A DNA stretch of 64,000 nt, taken from positions 1,860,001-1,924,000 of the forward strand of contig OZ374560.1 in assembly GCA_977862235.1 (NCBI GenBank). Direction: 5' to 3'. The DNA comes from Dudresnaya verticillata (lineage: Eukaryota). The position numbers were made by a program, and so were the translations under genes. Below the pieces are notes generated by a model, which worked only from the letters and a program-made list of their open reading frames with translations, had not been told where the DNA came from and did not search any database. This document shows, one piece after another, positions 23,655 to 36,877 of the stretch. The first letter of the stretch is position 1, and every line of letters begins with the position of its first letter.

Positions 23655-26621
23655 TTTAATCTCTGCACGGACTTTCCTGTTACCGATGGATGTGGTGCAA
23701 ATCCACTGCTGAAAACAACAACAGAGGACACACCTCGGGCGTTCGGGACCCGCGGGTAGCGGTAGTAGGGGGTGGTGTGGTAGAGCGTGGGGAGTAGCCC
23801 CGTAGCGCGACTGTAAAACGCCACGAGACGAAAGAAAAAGGGAGGAACCCTAAAATAGTGGAAAAGCAAAGGAAAAAGGGGAAAACAGGGTTCTGTATGA
23901 TGAAGAAGGGGTACGCACGCACTGGAGTCCCTCCTGACGATGAAGATATCGGTCAAGGGTAGGGAGGTGTGTGTGTCGTAGAGCCCGAGCTTGGCTTGTT
24001 TACTGAATGAGGGCGCGCCCCTAGCTCTAATATACTATGTACACACGGGTGCACCGCAAATGAAGTGGGGAAGGGAGCGGCCATTTGGAGATTCATGACA
24101 CGCGAAAATGGGTTACCTAAAAGTAACTAAATTTAAGGGTGGTTGACAGTGCGTACAGTAGCGAATATCCGCCACCATAATCAGCCACCCGTTGCCGCCG
24201 GCTCGCTTAACTTACATGCCGGGCGCCTTACAGGGACAGTCCCGAAGTGCATTGCTGGCGGGGAGTCCGCGATTTGAGGCAAATGAGCACCGGTGAATTG
24301 CACCACATCTCCCCCCGTTAAGAGGTGAGCTCCTGCACAAGCCCAACCCACTAATTCCATCTTGAATGCGGATTTCCGCTGTCTGAAATAGCCCCTATGT
24401 GTAAACAGGGGGCCCTTTCGAAAATAGCGGACTTCCCCGTCCGGTTCGCCAATTTGCAGATTGTCTGCTTCCGGCGTTGGTCATCATGGCGATTTCAGTA
24501 GTGCAAGCGGATGAACCGCAATACGCCTTCGGAGCTTTGGAGCAACTGGCGCGACCCTCGGTATTTCAGGGGTGGGGGTTCCCCGTCTTTGCATCGTGTG
24601 TTTGGATGCAAATGCACAACACCATGTGGGTATACCACTTAATATTGCCTCGTGTCCCTCAGCAGGCACATAGTGCAATAGTGCCATTTTCTCATGTCGC
24701 AATACGACTTCTAAACTTAATGTCGGCATCAGAAGATGGTGTCGGCTGGTAGACGGCTTGTACCACACAACCTCTTGTTGCACTTGTGCTTACGAAACCT
24801 TCCGTTCCATGCATAACCAGTTTCCTCAAATCGGTCCACGAGGGGGACCGACTGGTCCTTCTCTTGTCCCGATTGGTCCAGTCCTCCAGTGGACCGCCCG
24901 GTCCGGACCACTGTAAGTAAAGTACAGTAACTATGGTATCTTTTTGGCTACCCAGGGGTTGCCGCGGCCCCTCTTCCGGGCTTTTGCGGCCCTGTACGAT
25001 TTGTTTCATACATGGGCCGTGTATGACACATTTCCCTTGTGCAGCATTGCGCACTTGTGCATCGCACGAAGTCGAAAATAGCATGGCAAAAAGTCGAAAA
25101 TCGCATCGCACGAAGTCGAAAATCGACAAGTCCCAGAGCATGAGTCGCGATTCAGAGTGGCGTCGACGCCAGTTGTAGCTTCGAAAGCCGAACACTGGTA
25201 TCATCTGCGGTCGACCGGAGCATCCCGCGGTCCCAATGCGGGAGAAAACGAGCCGAACCCGGAAATTGCAGATGCAGGCGAAAAGCGGATGTTCCCGCAG
25301 AATGACAGCCGCTGAAGTGGAAATCCACGAATAGGCTTCAGTGTGGGGTGTTCCCCGATACTCGACTTGCCCGACGGCGAAGCGGGCGCGGTGGGGAAAT
25401 GCGGCAACTCCCCATTGTCGTCGTTGCGGAATTGCGCTCGCGGACAGATGCTTTGGGGTGTTCCCCATTTGACGCCCATAAAAAGACAGCGGCTCATGAC
25501 GCGTACGCCAGACTAAAAGGCAGTTGAATACAACAATCGTGATGCCGAACTCGCCGTCCGAGTTGCAGAAACTGGTTAATAGTAGAATATCTGCATTCCT
25601 TAAATAGAACATTCCGCAGGCTGCGGTACTGTATGCAGAGAACCGGAAATCCGGATATCATCGTGTGGGTGCACCACTTGGGCGGCTTTCCGAAGAATGT
25701 TTCTTCTTCGGGACGCCGTCATCTTGAAAACAGGACGTGGAGTCCAACTCGGCCAGAATGGTCCCATCGGGGCAGCCCGCAGAAGTCAACGCCCGTGAAG
25801 CGGAAAGCCGGGAAGCACACATAGCGGGTTCCCGTCGCCTCACATACCGAGCAATCTCGTCCATGGCGCAGTTGGGAATATTCCAAACGCGATTATCGCG
25901 ATATAAAGAGGCGTATAGGCCAACAGGAGTTCCTGAGCGGTATGAGAACGCTGATTTACCCCCATGGGGTATCCGAAAGGGTACCTCAAAGGCATGACGA
26001 TTTCGTCAAACGGGATGCCCCGATGCCCAGGAGGTTAACGGGGAGGTAATGGAATGATTCCATTCAACTTGTAGCCCAGCGGGTTCAACCGCATGCATCT
26101 TGGCCAAACGGGTAAGTCCCGAATTGAACTCAGAAGTGCACGGAATGACACACGCCGTTGAGAAACCATCGGCATTATTCCGTACCGGCCTCCTCAGGGC
26201 AATTGCCCATCATGTCGGGATAGTTGCTGATCTGGACATTACCAGCTACAGGCAAGGGCTACGGACATCCGTTTTTGGCATACCCAGTCGGGCACTTAGT
26301 CGATATTCGACTTTGTGTCGGTGGAGCGACTTATATCGAACTCGACAGCACTTAGGGTGACTGCTGCCGAAATTCCGGGGCCTGATTGGCTAACATTAAT
26401 TTTGGCTAAACGGCAGCCAATCGCAGTCACAATCTTGGCGTACAGTCCCCGAGTCGCTGGGGCGACTGGTACATTGCAGTTGCTCGTCCATCTCCCCAAC
26501 GCGGCTAAGTTCGCAACGATTCGAACTGAGCAGATGCCCTGCATGAGTATCACCGTGGATTTATCCCGCCATGGCCACAGTCATCGTAGCGGGTACACCA
26601 AGCCGCTTCATGTTATGATAG

Positions 26622-27561
26622 TGTGGCATAGCTGTAAGACCAGCTGTGCCACGCACGCGCAGCTATAAGACCAGCTGCGCCACGTGTGCACTGCTGTGCG
26701 CACGCTGTCAGCCGGTGGCACCGAAGCCCCGCTGAACTGTAAGGAAGTGCGCAGTGGCGCGCGCAGCTGTAACACCAGCTGCGCCACGTGTGCACTGCTG
26801 TGCGCGCGCTGTCAGCCGGTGGCGCCGAAGCCCCGCTGAACTGTAAGGAAGTGCGCAGTGGCGCCCGCGTGTGCACGCGTACGCGTGTGACACTGAAACT
26901 CCCATGTAATTTCTACGTTTATTGTTTTGTAGTGTACAGCACCGTCTAGTGTAAGCGGTGGTCGAACGCCCTGCTGTCCTGCGCGCTGTGCGCACGCACT
27001 CCGGCGCAGAGCCGTTGAGTGCGTGACACGCGCGCGCGCACTCCGGCGTCGAGCCGTTGAGTACGTGTGGACTGTTTCGCCTACGCGCGCCCCCGGGTTA
27101 CCGTTACCCGTACGCGTCGACGCGTGTTGGGGCGCGCCGGCGGACCTCCCGGGTTGGTGCCGCCGCAGGCCCTGTAGTATATCTAGTAGTCGCCCCTCTG
27201 GGCTTCAGTAAACCAGGCAAGCCAGCCTACGCCAGGCTTGCCCTTTCTGCTTTGGGTTTCTTTCCCAGTCCTTCGCCCTACGGCTTCCCTCTTTCCCTAG
27301 CCGTCTAGGCTTTCCTTTTCCTTTCCCTACCGTCGGCTTCGTGCCGCCCCACGAAGGGGATGCAGGGATCCGGCCGCTGCCGCCCGCGTACGGTACGCCC
27401 CGTGCGCGCTCAGGCTTCGACGCCGTTGATCCGCGACTGTCGACGGCGCGCGCGGCCGACACCGCCGCTCTACCACCACAGCTACCATCCTTCGACGGGT
27501 CTGGGTGCGACTGACCGACCAGCGCAGCTAGACGTCAGTTCGAACTGACGTCTATGCCACA
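26622..27561 (+). mobile_element. Solo LTR family D
   Basis: TGTGGCATAG...CTATGCCACA, TSD GATAG, internal ~104-bp tandem duplication. Confidence 0.93.
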
Positions 27562-27703
27562 GATAGGATGCGGTTTGACTCCGTGGCAAGTTTTGAATGG
27601 GTTTCCATGTCTGCGGCGCGAACGCACATCCGTACCACTTGATCTCAAACAGAAGTTCTGTATCAAAATATCCGTGGCTTACCACTTTTTCAATGACATA
27701 TTC
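27562..27703 (-). pseudogene. Chromodomain of element A, cut by solo LTR D
   Basis: EYVIEKVVSHG...LLFEIKWYGC...TWKPIQNLP chromodomain pattern. Confidence 0.75.
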
Positions 27704-29291
27704 GTCGTGTTGCGGGGTGTCCGAATTATGGCCTGGCGATTATATCAGCGCGGCATCGGGCCCAGGTGGGTGAGGGAGATCCTCTTGCAGCGTGTCATGC
27801 CGCGATGTGGGCGACGCCAGAGTTGCCGAATATCGGCGGCTCCGTCTGAGAGCGCCTTACGGTGGTTCCTGGAGAGCGGAGTCCCGCGTAGTGGGGACTT
27901 GACTGGATATTCCAGAAGCTGCACCGGAACCCGGGTGAGCGCTTTGCGGGCTATCCGCGGTGTTGTTGCGAAATCACGCCCTCGGTGGTTCAATTGCGCA
28001 CGAAGCCATCTCCGCGGGGCGAAGTTATCGGAGACGACTTGTTGTGCTGTTTCTTGACTGTGGGTTTCCGCTGGAGCGATGAACTTCGTAGTGCAGCGTA
28101 GACCCGCTGCACTGTGTCGCTTGTTCGCCAAATGCGCTCCTCTACTGCACACGGCAGGTAAAGCGAAAGTATGGAATGATTCCATTTGAGGGCGAAGTTT
28201 TGGCGGATGAAGCCGCATGCGTCGCGATGATACGGGCTTATCCGGTAACCGAACAGGCGAAGCCGTTGGAGAACCGAGAACGATATGCCGCATCGGCCTC
28301 CTCATGGCACTTCCCTATCATGTGGAGGTGCTTTCTGACCTGGCCGTTGCCGGTTAGTCACAGCATCTACGGATATCCGTTTTTCGCGTAGCCCGTGTGG
28401 GACTTAGCCGAAATGCGACGTCTCGTCGGTGGGACGCCCGATGGTGCGCACACTGGGGTCAAGGGCGACTGTTTCCAAATTCTGGGATCTGATTGGCCCC
28501 AATGTTCGGGGCCAAAGCAACAGCCAATCCTTGGACATAGCATGGCGTACAGTTCATGAAACGCCGACCTGTCCGATACTTCGCGATGCTGCGACCGAGT
28601 CCGAGAATATATTCGGCTATAGCCGACTTTCGACAATCATTTGGATTGACTTGGTAGTCGCGAGGAACGCGTTCGGGTACGGGACTACGGAGCACAGGGG
28701 ATTTCCCCAGAGGCAATTGCCTAACACGAGGAGCCACTTCTACGTCAAGGAGGAGCTCATCTGCAGATGCCAAATTCCCACTTGTGGCTGCAAACTTTGT
28801 CGGGTAATCCCGTGGGGAAGTGTCTTCGCGAACGCGTTTGTACTCGGGAAATCCCGCTTGTATTATCGACGTTTGTGAAGTAGGAACTTTCCCCCGCTTG
28901 CCGGAGACTGCGGAACAATTTCCGCTTGGTTGCTCTGATTCAGAGTCTGCGAAAGGGGCTTGTCCCCAGGTGCTTGCGGATTTCCGCGATGATCTTCCAC
29001 TCTAGAATTCCTCGGCAGAAGTAACGTGGCCTTCCAAAGTACATGTTTCTGCTGCTGCTTGAAAAGCGGGAGCAGGAACCAGTTGGGGTGGTCCCCAAGT
29101 AAACAAAGTAGCGAAATCGCTCTGGGTTTGGTTGGGACTATTTGGCAGTCCCAATAATTGTGGATTGACACCACACTGCCGTTTCCTGGACACCTCTGTC
29201 CGGCATGACGAATTCCCAGTATCAAGTGGCTTTCCCACAATGATGCTCCGGTAGTCAAAACCGTCGAGTGTAGAACCGTCAGAGAGACGAA

Positions 29292-31194
29292 CTATAACAT
29301 TGGGAATTCCCATTTCGTCGAACGGGTCCGCGAGGGAACTAGATATGGACAACCGCATGCTGGGATGTGGCGCGAGTTGCCAATGACTTGCTGAGGAGAA
29401 ACCCTCTGTGGTAGCTGACCGAAATTAGTGACAAGCACCAGAAAGGGTTTGTCAGGTTCAACCTGAACAACGCCAGCGTAAACAGCGCACGAGTGCTCTT
29501 TCTGGAAACTTGACTGTGGGATTACCACTTGAATACTATGGCGCTTTGTCATCACTTCGACCCAGGTCGTCGCCTGCGGGAGCAGCCAAACGCGACGGGT
29601 GGATCGTACCTTAGGCGATACGCGACCGCCAAGTGGAGAGTACTCCTGGGATTTTGGAAGGGGCGGTCCCCGAAGCACGCGTTTGTGCATTCTCCGAACT
29701 ATTGGAACGGAGAGTCTGGAAGCTAACTCGACAATTCTCCGGGCCGGCCATATGGCCCCAACGAACTCGTCACAAAACCCAGCGCCGAATACGGCAGGCA
29801 CGGAGAGATCTCCAACAACGATGAAGTCAACCTCCGTATGGATGTCACCGATGGCCATATGAAGGAGGGTAATCCCGAAGGTATTCAGCGGCTTTCCGCG
29901 TTCGTCTCGGTAGTCTAGCAGCGGATCGTACCGCACTGTTGCTTCTTCTTTCAGGAGTACCCGTTGTAGCTCCGACTGCCGAATAAAGTTGGGGCCAGAA
30001 CAAGTGTCTAGAACTGTGATAGAGCGTGTCACCGACACCTTTGATAAGCCTAAATCGGCATAGACCGCAGCATTCCGTCCACGCATGATGCGGATTCCCC
30101 GCTTAACACGCTGTGGAAGTCTTCTCCAGGGTCCTCGTAGGACATAGTCCCTTGTCAGTACAGAGGAATGCCTCGTGATTCTCCGCGTGAGGACTCGAGG
30201 GGCGCGGTATGGGAGGATTTCCTCATAGCGATGAGTCGGGATTTCGGTTCCCATTTCGGTGGCAGTGCGGACTTTCGCAGGTTGTGCTCGAGAACGTTGA
30301 AGTTCAATTTTTGAAGTTACAAGGGGGCGTTCCCCGGTTTGTGGAGCAGATCTCCGTCTGGTGCCCACTGGGGGCATGGTGGCCTCGCACCGCTTAGGGT
30401 TCTGGACGCATAGCTCATGCCCTGTGTACTCCGGGAAATCCGGTTGTGTCGTCATGAGGGAATCCTCAAGTTTTGCGCGGTACGTCGCGTACGCGTCGAG
30501 ATGCTCACCTTGGCGGCAGCCAGCTAACGAGATTATCTCTGATTCTTCGTCGGACCGCAGGTTAGACAGATCCGAAGATGTTGAACTCCACAAGGATGAA
30601 CAGGAGGATGACCTCATGGAGGAGTCTATTGACGACTCCGAAGGTGAATAGCACCTGCTGCAATTGTCTCTTGACGACTGTGATGACCCGAAGGTCCGTG
30701 ATGAGGTGGCTGAGCACCAGTTCGATTCTTTCGAAGATAACAAAATTGTCTCGGACCCTCGCATGGGTGGGAAAAGACACGCCGCAGGGGGTGGGTAACG
30801 ATGCGAGGAGTTCCTCTGCGGTGGCCATGTACGTTGTTCGGGCCAGACGGCAGAGCGGATATCCGCGTGGTGACGGGTGTATCCCGAATAACTTGGGACG
30901 ACACCCCATTCCCGAATAAGGCGGAAGTGATGCCGAAATCGGCGATGGTGAAATAGGCCGCGAAGGCGGAGATGCCGGCTCCCCGCCTTGGACCTGGGCA
31001 GTCGGGAGAGCCCCGACTGGGTCAGGAGGTACTATCTCCACCGAGGGCAGTACAAGAGGAACCCCCTCATTGGGCATTGCCGAAAAGGCGGCTTGGACCG
31101 CAGGACATACCTGCGCACGAGCTCGCGTAACCACAGTAGCTCCGGGCTGCGATGGGGCGGGCCTTGCCGATGACGGCTGTCGACGGAGTGGCAT
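29292..31194 (-). pseudogene. Element A gag-like/protease region
   Basis: ITVLDTCSGPNFI protease-like motif and FIVVGDLSVPAVFGAGF; a homologous copy lies at about 62600-64000. Confidence 0.7.
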
Positions 31195-31642
31195 GGCAGA
31201 AATTCTGTGATGTATGTGGAAGGTAGAATGTAAAGAACGGTAGTTCCGTAGCGTAGATAACGTAGCCAATCGGAAGTTCCGAACTTCTAGGTCAGGAGAC
31301 CAAATGTGGAGCAAATCCACTGCTGAAAACAACAACAGAGGACACACCTCGGGCGTTCGGGACCCGCGGGTAGCGGTAGTAGGGGGTGGTGTGGTAGAGC
31401 GTGAGGAGTAGCCCCGTAGCGCGACTGTAAAACGCCATGAGGCGAAAGAAGAAGGGAGGAACCCTAAAATAGTGGAAAAGGAAAGGAAAAAGGGAAAACA
31501 GGGTTCTGTATGATGAAGAAAGGGTACGCACGCACTGGAGTCCCTCCTGACGACGAAGATGTCGGTCAAGGGTGGGGAGGTGTGAGTCGTAGAGCCCGAG
31601 CTCGGCTTGTTTACTGAATGAGGGCGCGCCCCTAGCTCTAAT

Positions 31643-32484
31643 TGTGGTGTAACGAAGTCCACGGTGACGCGGGGAAGTCTCGCACTGTAAGGAATGGCCT
31701 CGGAGCCTAACGAATGGCCTCGTAGCCTAACGGAGAAACGAAAAGGGGTGGTAGCGTGGTAGAGCGGAGCGACCAACATGAAGGACCACGGTGTCAACGT
31801 ATTCGTGTGCGGAAGGGAGAACTCGAGCGATCGATCACCGGGGATGACTCCGGGTGCGCGGGGCTATCGAAAGCGAGGCTCGACCGTATCCGCGGTCACG
31901 AAGTCGAAGACACCGAACTCGAAGAAACAGGCGTTTACCGAAGACTCCGAGGTCCGGGTGTTAGTCGCTTGCCGGAAACCCTCGGAGGTTGTGCCAGACG
32001 ACTGGCTAAGTAATACTAAGTGAGCAAGAATGCGCGTCAACGCGGGAGACGGTTCGTACTCGAATGATTCGTAACGGCCTCGGTGCCAACGAACGGTCGC
32101 CTCACGTATGGTGGCGGTTGCGAAGTGCGCCAGCGATGCATACGGAGGTGAGCGTGTCTCGTGGGCCCCGGTGCCGTTACGCGCGGGAAACACGGGAAGG
32201 TCACGAAGGTGTCAGAGATTTCGTATCGGGTGCGCACTGTAATGCGAATGCCATCGTGGCGCGCGCGATCACGAAGTCGGCTCGGAATTCGTCCGGAGGT
32301 GTCAGCGATTTCGTATCACGTGCGTGCTGTGATGCGAATGCCATCGTGGCGCGCGCACAGTATGCACACTGTAATACGTTTGCCATCGTGGCGTGCGCAT
32401 TCACGGAGTCATTTCGAAATTCGTATTTCTCGATCATTTTCACGTAGGCCACGGAGTCGTTTCACGGATAGCGTCTATACCACA
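31643..32484. mobile_element. Solo LTR family C inside the 5' LTR of A
   Basis: TGTGGTGTA...TATACCACA, TSD CTAAT, internal tandem repeats at about 32208-32400. Confidence 0.93.
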
Positions 32485-33331
32485 CTAATATACTATGTAC
32501 CCACGGGTGCGCCGCAAATGAAGTGGGGAAGGGAGGGGCCGTTTGGAGATTCGTGACACGCGAAAATGGATTGTGTAAAATTAACTAAAATTAAGGGTGG
32601 TTGACAGTGCGTACAGTAGCGAATATCCGCCACCATAATCCGTCACCCGTTGCCGCCGGCTCGCAGGACTTACATGCCGGGCGCCTTACAGGGACAGTCC
32701 CCAAGTGCATTGCTTGCGGGTAGTACGCGATTTGAGGCAAATGAGCACCGGTGAATTGCACCACAATGGACGGGTCTTGAGCAGGTGCAGAAAGGTTCAA
32801 GGATATCACGCGCTCCAATGCAGTATTTATCGAGTTGAGTTAGGACATCATGATTGTGTTCTGCAGTGTGATACCATCCACAGCATTCTTAAGGTCTGAG
32901 ACGTTGGATTACAGAACTTCGTTTGCTTTCTGAAGCTCTTCGATAGACTCAGCAATTTCTCCAGCCCGATTCGATGCATCTGATCTAGTTGTAGGGGTAC
33001 CATTTTGATGAGCTGCTTCGAAAACAGAGGAGATTGCTCCTTCTCGTGAAGTGTCCTGACCTCACTTTACAACTTTCGGAGTTAGTGTGCTGATGACAGA
33101 ACAACATACATTATTTCGAAATAATGTTGCAAAAGCTCTTGTCGTTGTTGTACTTCTCTTTCTTTTCTCTAGTCTGAGCTTCTCCAGTTGGTCCTTATCT
33201 ACTGAACAGAGTGCATGAAGGCAAGTGCTCAAAGTATTCTAAATCAAACAGCTACAATTGCATGCGCACAACATACAAATCTAAACGTACTTCAAGCTAA
33301 TAATAATAGTCTAGCTATTCTGATGAACGTC

Positions 33332-34139
33332 TGTGGCAGTATGGACGCTGTCAGCAGAAGGGCTTACAGAAGCGCACTTCTTTTCGCGGGCAGACTGTCT
33401 CTTAATCAGGACAGCTGTCCTTTCATCGCTGTACACGTGTATACACGTGTATACACGTGGGTACACGTGTGTACACGTGGCCCTACAGCTTCACACGTGG
33501 CGTACACATGGCATTGTAATGACGGCAGTTGGACGCCTCGTATTGGTTGATTTATGACGCGCCGCTGCGCTCCTCCTCACGAACGAGAAGCACCTCTGCG
33601 CTCAGGGTATCGATAGTGCAGCCGGGACCTCGGCTTGCGCACCGGCGTATCCGCCACCAAGTCCCCTAACTGGAATGCATTCCCACCTTTGACTCGTACT
33701 GACTGTACTAACCTTCGTAACTATAATCATAGACTAATGTAGAACCCCTTTCGGGCTGATAGAATTTTCGGCTGTCAAGCCCTATTTATGGGCCCCGTAA
33801 TAGCCGGCGCCCTCAGAATAAAGACTCAGCGGAGTTGTTCGGGACGTTTCCACCTTTTGGTCGCTCGGACGCTCCGCACCTGCAGGGGTCGTCCAGGACA
33901 GCCCCAGGCATCGTACGACACGTATTCTACGAAATACCGGGTCGCAGCCTCTATAAATTCCCTCAGTCGGTCGCGCCGAGTCTTTAACGTGCTTCCGCAC
34001 CCCCCTTTCGGGTCATCAGGGCCCGCCTATTTCTAAGCCTCTACCAAACCTCCCTCGAGCTACCACACATTAGCGTGTGACATCGGACAGCTGTCTTTTC
34101 TTGTTCTGTGCTGTTTCTGGCCGGTACCATTCTGCTACA
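33332..34139 (+). mobile_element. Solo LTR family F (related to H) inside the 5' LTR of B
   Basis: TGTGGCAG...CTGCTACA, TSD ACGTC; shares TATTTATGGGGCCCC and CTCTACCAAACC with H. Confidence 0.9.
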
Positions 34140-34286
34140 ACGTCCACCATGCTACAGATCTAAGTCTGGCACCTTTGAGAAACGTTCTACAAGCCATAGA
34201 TAGCAGTCAAGTACGTCGCGAAACAGCTCGGAACAGAATCAAGCAGTTCTGTGCAACATCACGTTGTACCAGCTAGAGATAACGGT

Positions 34287-34868
34287 TGTTACGCAGTCCG
34301 GATAAACATAGCCACTCTCGTACGAGGTGGTTGATAAAGGAGATAGAAAGGAAAAACGGAAGGCGAGGTTGAAGGTCAGGTCAATGCGGGTTGTTGGGAG
34401 TTCCCTCGTCTGTGCTGACGCCCGAAGGCTGCCTTTAGTAGGTAAAAGCAGAGTGTGAGCTGTGCTGCTCAGGTCGTACGACCCACGCTATTTAGTGGAC
34501 AGCACGATCGCAGCCTCCGCCCTGGATTGGGCAGATCAAGGCTGACGCAGCTATTCGCGCGCTGCCGCCGTCGCGTCGGCCGGGAACGACGGACGGAGCG
34601 TCGTATTGTACAATACAGTCCTGTATCCAGGCAGAGTACTCTGCAGACATCCAATCAGATAGAGAGGCATGTCCAGGCACTGCTGTGCTGCAGAGGGGAG
34701 GTACCATACAGTGTACAGTGTACAGCGTTTGCCTATGCTGGCAGGGTACGAGTACAGGCAGTACTCTTTCCCGACAAGCTCCCTTGCTGGGATTGCACCT
34801 GTCCGCACTGCCCCAGGCTCCCTGTGCCGGGAATACTCCCAGGCGAGCTGCGCTGCTCGGGTGTTACA
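34287..34868. mobile_element. Solo LTR family G inside the 5' LTR of B
   Basis: TGTTAC...GTTACA, 4-bp TSD CGGT/CAGT; absent from the other B LTR; homologous to 43212-43756. Confidence 0.85.
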
Positions 34869-36442
34869 CAGTCCAGTGCATCTGTTAGTTGGTTAGTAAC
34901 AGATCCCAACACAATACAGTAGCTCTGTGTAACAGAGCTACAGCTATGTGCACATCCTTAAAACTACATTAAGGATGCATAACACTGATGAACCACTTAC
35001 ACAGTAACATTCGTTCATAGCGGTAGTTTGGACAAGAGGGAGTGTGCGCGTTTCTGCGATGATGTCGCGATGGCCGCACTGTTATTGTAGCGCGCGAAAT
35101 TGCGCTCAGAAGCGTGCGCTCAACAGCATGGCGCGGTCAGCAGCGCCCGTAGTACATGTAGTGTCATGAGGGAGAGCTGTTTCGATTCCAGGGAAAGAGC
35201 GCATCTTTCGCGGCAACACTGTATCTCGCGGGGTTCGGTTGTCTATCTCCAGGATAGCATTGTTGCGTTGACTTAAATGCATGACTGCGATCAAATATGA
35301 TATTTGCAGTGAAGACCGATGTAGCCACGAATAAAACAGGAACTCCGGGGCAATAATAGTGTTCCCGGAAATTGCACTGCATTGCCACGAGGATAGAAAG
35401 TTGGTACGCAGGCGTTTTGCAACTCAGTGTCACACTCACACTCTCGTCGCAAAGCTAACAAAATATTACTGTACGGGAGAGGAGAGACCAAACAGGAGAG
35501 GTCTTCCAAAGACGAACGGGAGAATTCTTTCAATTTCTGGGTTAAGCCTTGAGTCATTATCGTCTCAGCAGTCCAGCATTCCTGGCGAGTTCTTCCTTCC
35601 CACCCGCCCACCCTCAGCACCTTTGATTTTTCCAAGAAGTCCTAGCCTTTTCTTTCTAGTCTCACTGCGGTAAGCGAGTGCCTATGGCTCATTTGAGCCC
35701 CATCAACCTTATCTATGTCATAGTCACTGAATGATGCTCTACCAATAAAGGTTTCATTTCTTTCAACAGATCAACTGAGGAGCAGAGCTTGAACCGCTTT
35801 CAAAGTAGGAGAAGAAATCGAGCATGCGCTTACATACGCTGAACAGCTTGTACTGTGCGACTATTTCAGCAGCTTAAAGTCTGGACAATCTCAAATGCCT
35901 TATTCCGTAAATCTAAAAATAATAATGCCGACCTTTACGCGATGCCAAACACTTCGCAGAGGATGGGTTTTTGAATCCCATCGAGAGGGTCTCTGAAGAG
36001 TCGTTAATAAAGTTCCGAATCCGCTACATTCGTGAAAATAAAATAAGACATCCATTTATGAAACCCCTAAATGGATTCCTCGAACTTAACTGTATCATCT
36101 TGCTCTCGAGTTGAAAGTCTGAAAAGCATTTCATTTTGCCAAACCCCTATTATGGTTCTCAAGAATTTAGATGTTGCGACTTTAGTGAGAAAACTTGATC
36201 ACAAAAATGCTTCTCAGTTGAGCGCTACTATTTAACGTACTAGAACAAAGGAAGTGGTAGACTACAGAGGAGAATTTTGTTGTTATTTTTCTAGGAGTGA
36301 AGCACATTGCTACAAGGGGACAAAAAGATATAAGACAAAACATTCTAAAGAGAAGATCTACCTTAACAGGCCCGGATACTCGCGGGACGAGATATGCAGA
36401 TAATCCGCAGAACTTGCTCTAAGACCATAAAACCTATGAGGT

Positions 36443-36877
36443 CTAGGACAACACCTCAATTTGAGCCTCTCCACAGCACTTAGAAACTACAGCAACTCCA
36501 CAAGCTTCCGTCTCGGAGAACGGAACATCATCACAGTCCGACCGGCTGCGCCTGAGACATTTCTTCGCTTGTTTCGTTGCCTTGCGTGCTCTACGCTTCT
36601 TCAAACACGGAAATGACTTCCTGTACCTTATGGTTCCGCAGGAACCGACATCAACAGTGACAACAAACGAAATCTCGCGCTTCGCCCTGGAACCATCACA
36701 GCCTCTAACGACGTTCTGTGATCCGAATGAGATCCGTGCTGGTGGGCATGACCCTGGGGTCGGCAGAACTTGGTTGACCTCTGTCATGAGCTCTGTCTCC
36801 TGTCCATTGACAATGCTTGTCAGTACACCCAGAAGGAGGAAAGCGAGTACGATGAAGGTGTTGTTGGCCGTCGTCAT
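36443..36877 (-). CDS. Secreted small basic Cys-rich protein (paralog of 46627..47199)
   Basis: Signal peptide FIVLAFLLLGVLTSIVNG, conserved Cys pattern shared with the paralog, TATATATA at 36968-36975. Confidence 0.85.
   Translation of the reverse strand: MTTANNTFIVLAFLLLGVLTSIVNGQETELMTEVNQVLPTPGSCPPARISFGSQNVVRGCDGSRAKREISFVVTVDVGSCGTIRYRKSFPCLKKRRARKATKQAKKCLRRSRSDCDDVPFSETEACGVAVVSKCCGEAQIEVLS

Larger units (their letters stand above)
23691..32765 (-). mobile_element. LTR element family A (Gypsy/chromovirus-derived, apparently lacking RT and IN) inserted in B gag
   Basis: LTRs 23691-24307 and 31305-32765 (split by solo C), 10-bp inverted termini TGTGGTGCAA, perfect TSD ATGGA, PBS TGGTCTCC after the 5' LTR, PPT at 24308-24317. 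Confidence 0.92.
18767..34934 (-). mobile_element. Ty3/Gypsy LTR retrotransposon family B, full length but degenerate; hosts nested insertions
   Basis: LTRs 18767-19178 and 33125-34934 (the latter split by two solo LTRs), 4-bp TSD GAGC, domain order gag-PR-RT-RH-IN. Confidence 0.92.

Noticed and set aside
35731..35780. Possible C/D box snoRNA (ATGATG...CTGA)
   Set aside because: Too short, imperfect C box, no recognisable guide.
36061..36071. AAACCCCTAAA as a telomerase RNA template
   Set aside because: An 11-nt match only; no promoter, terminator or structure could be supported.
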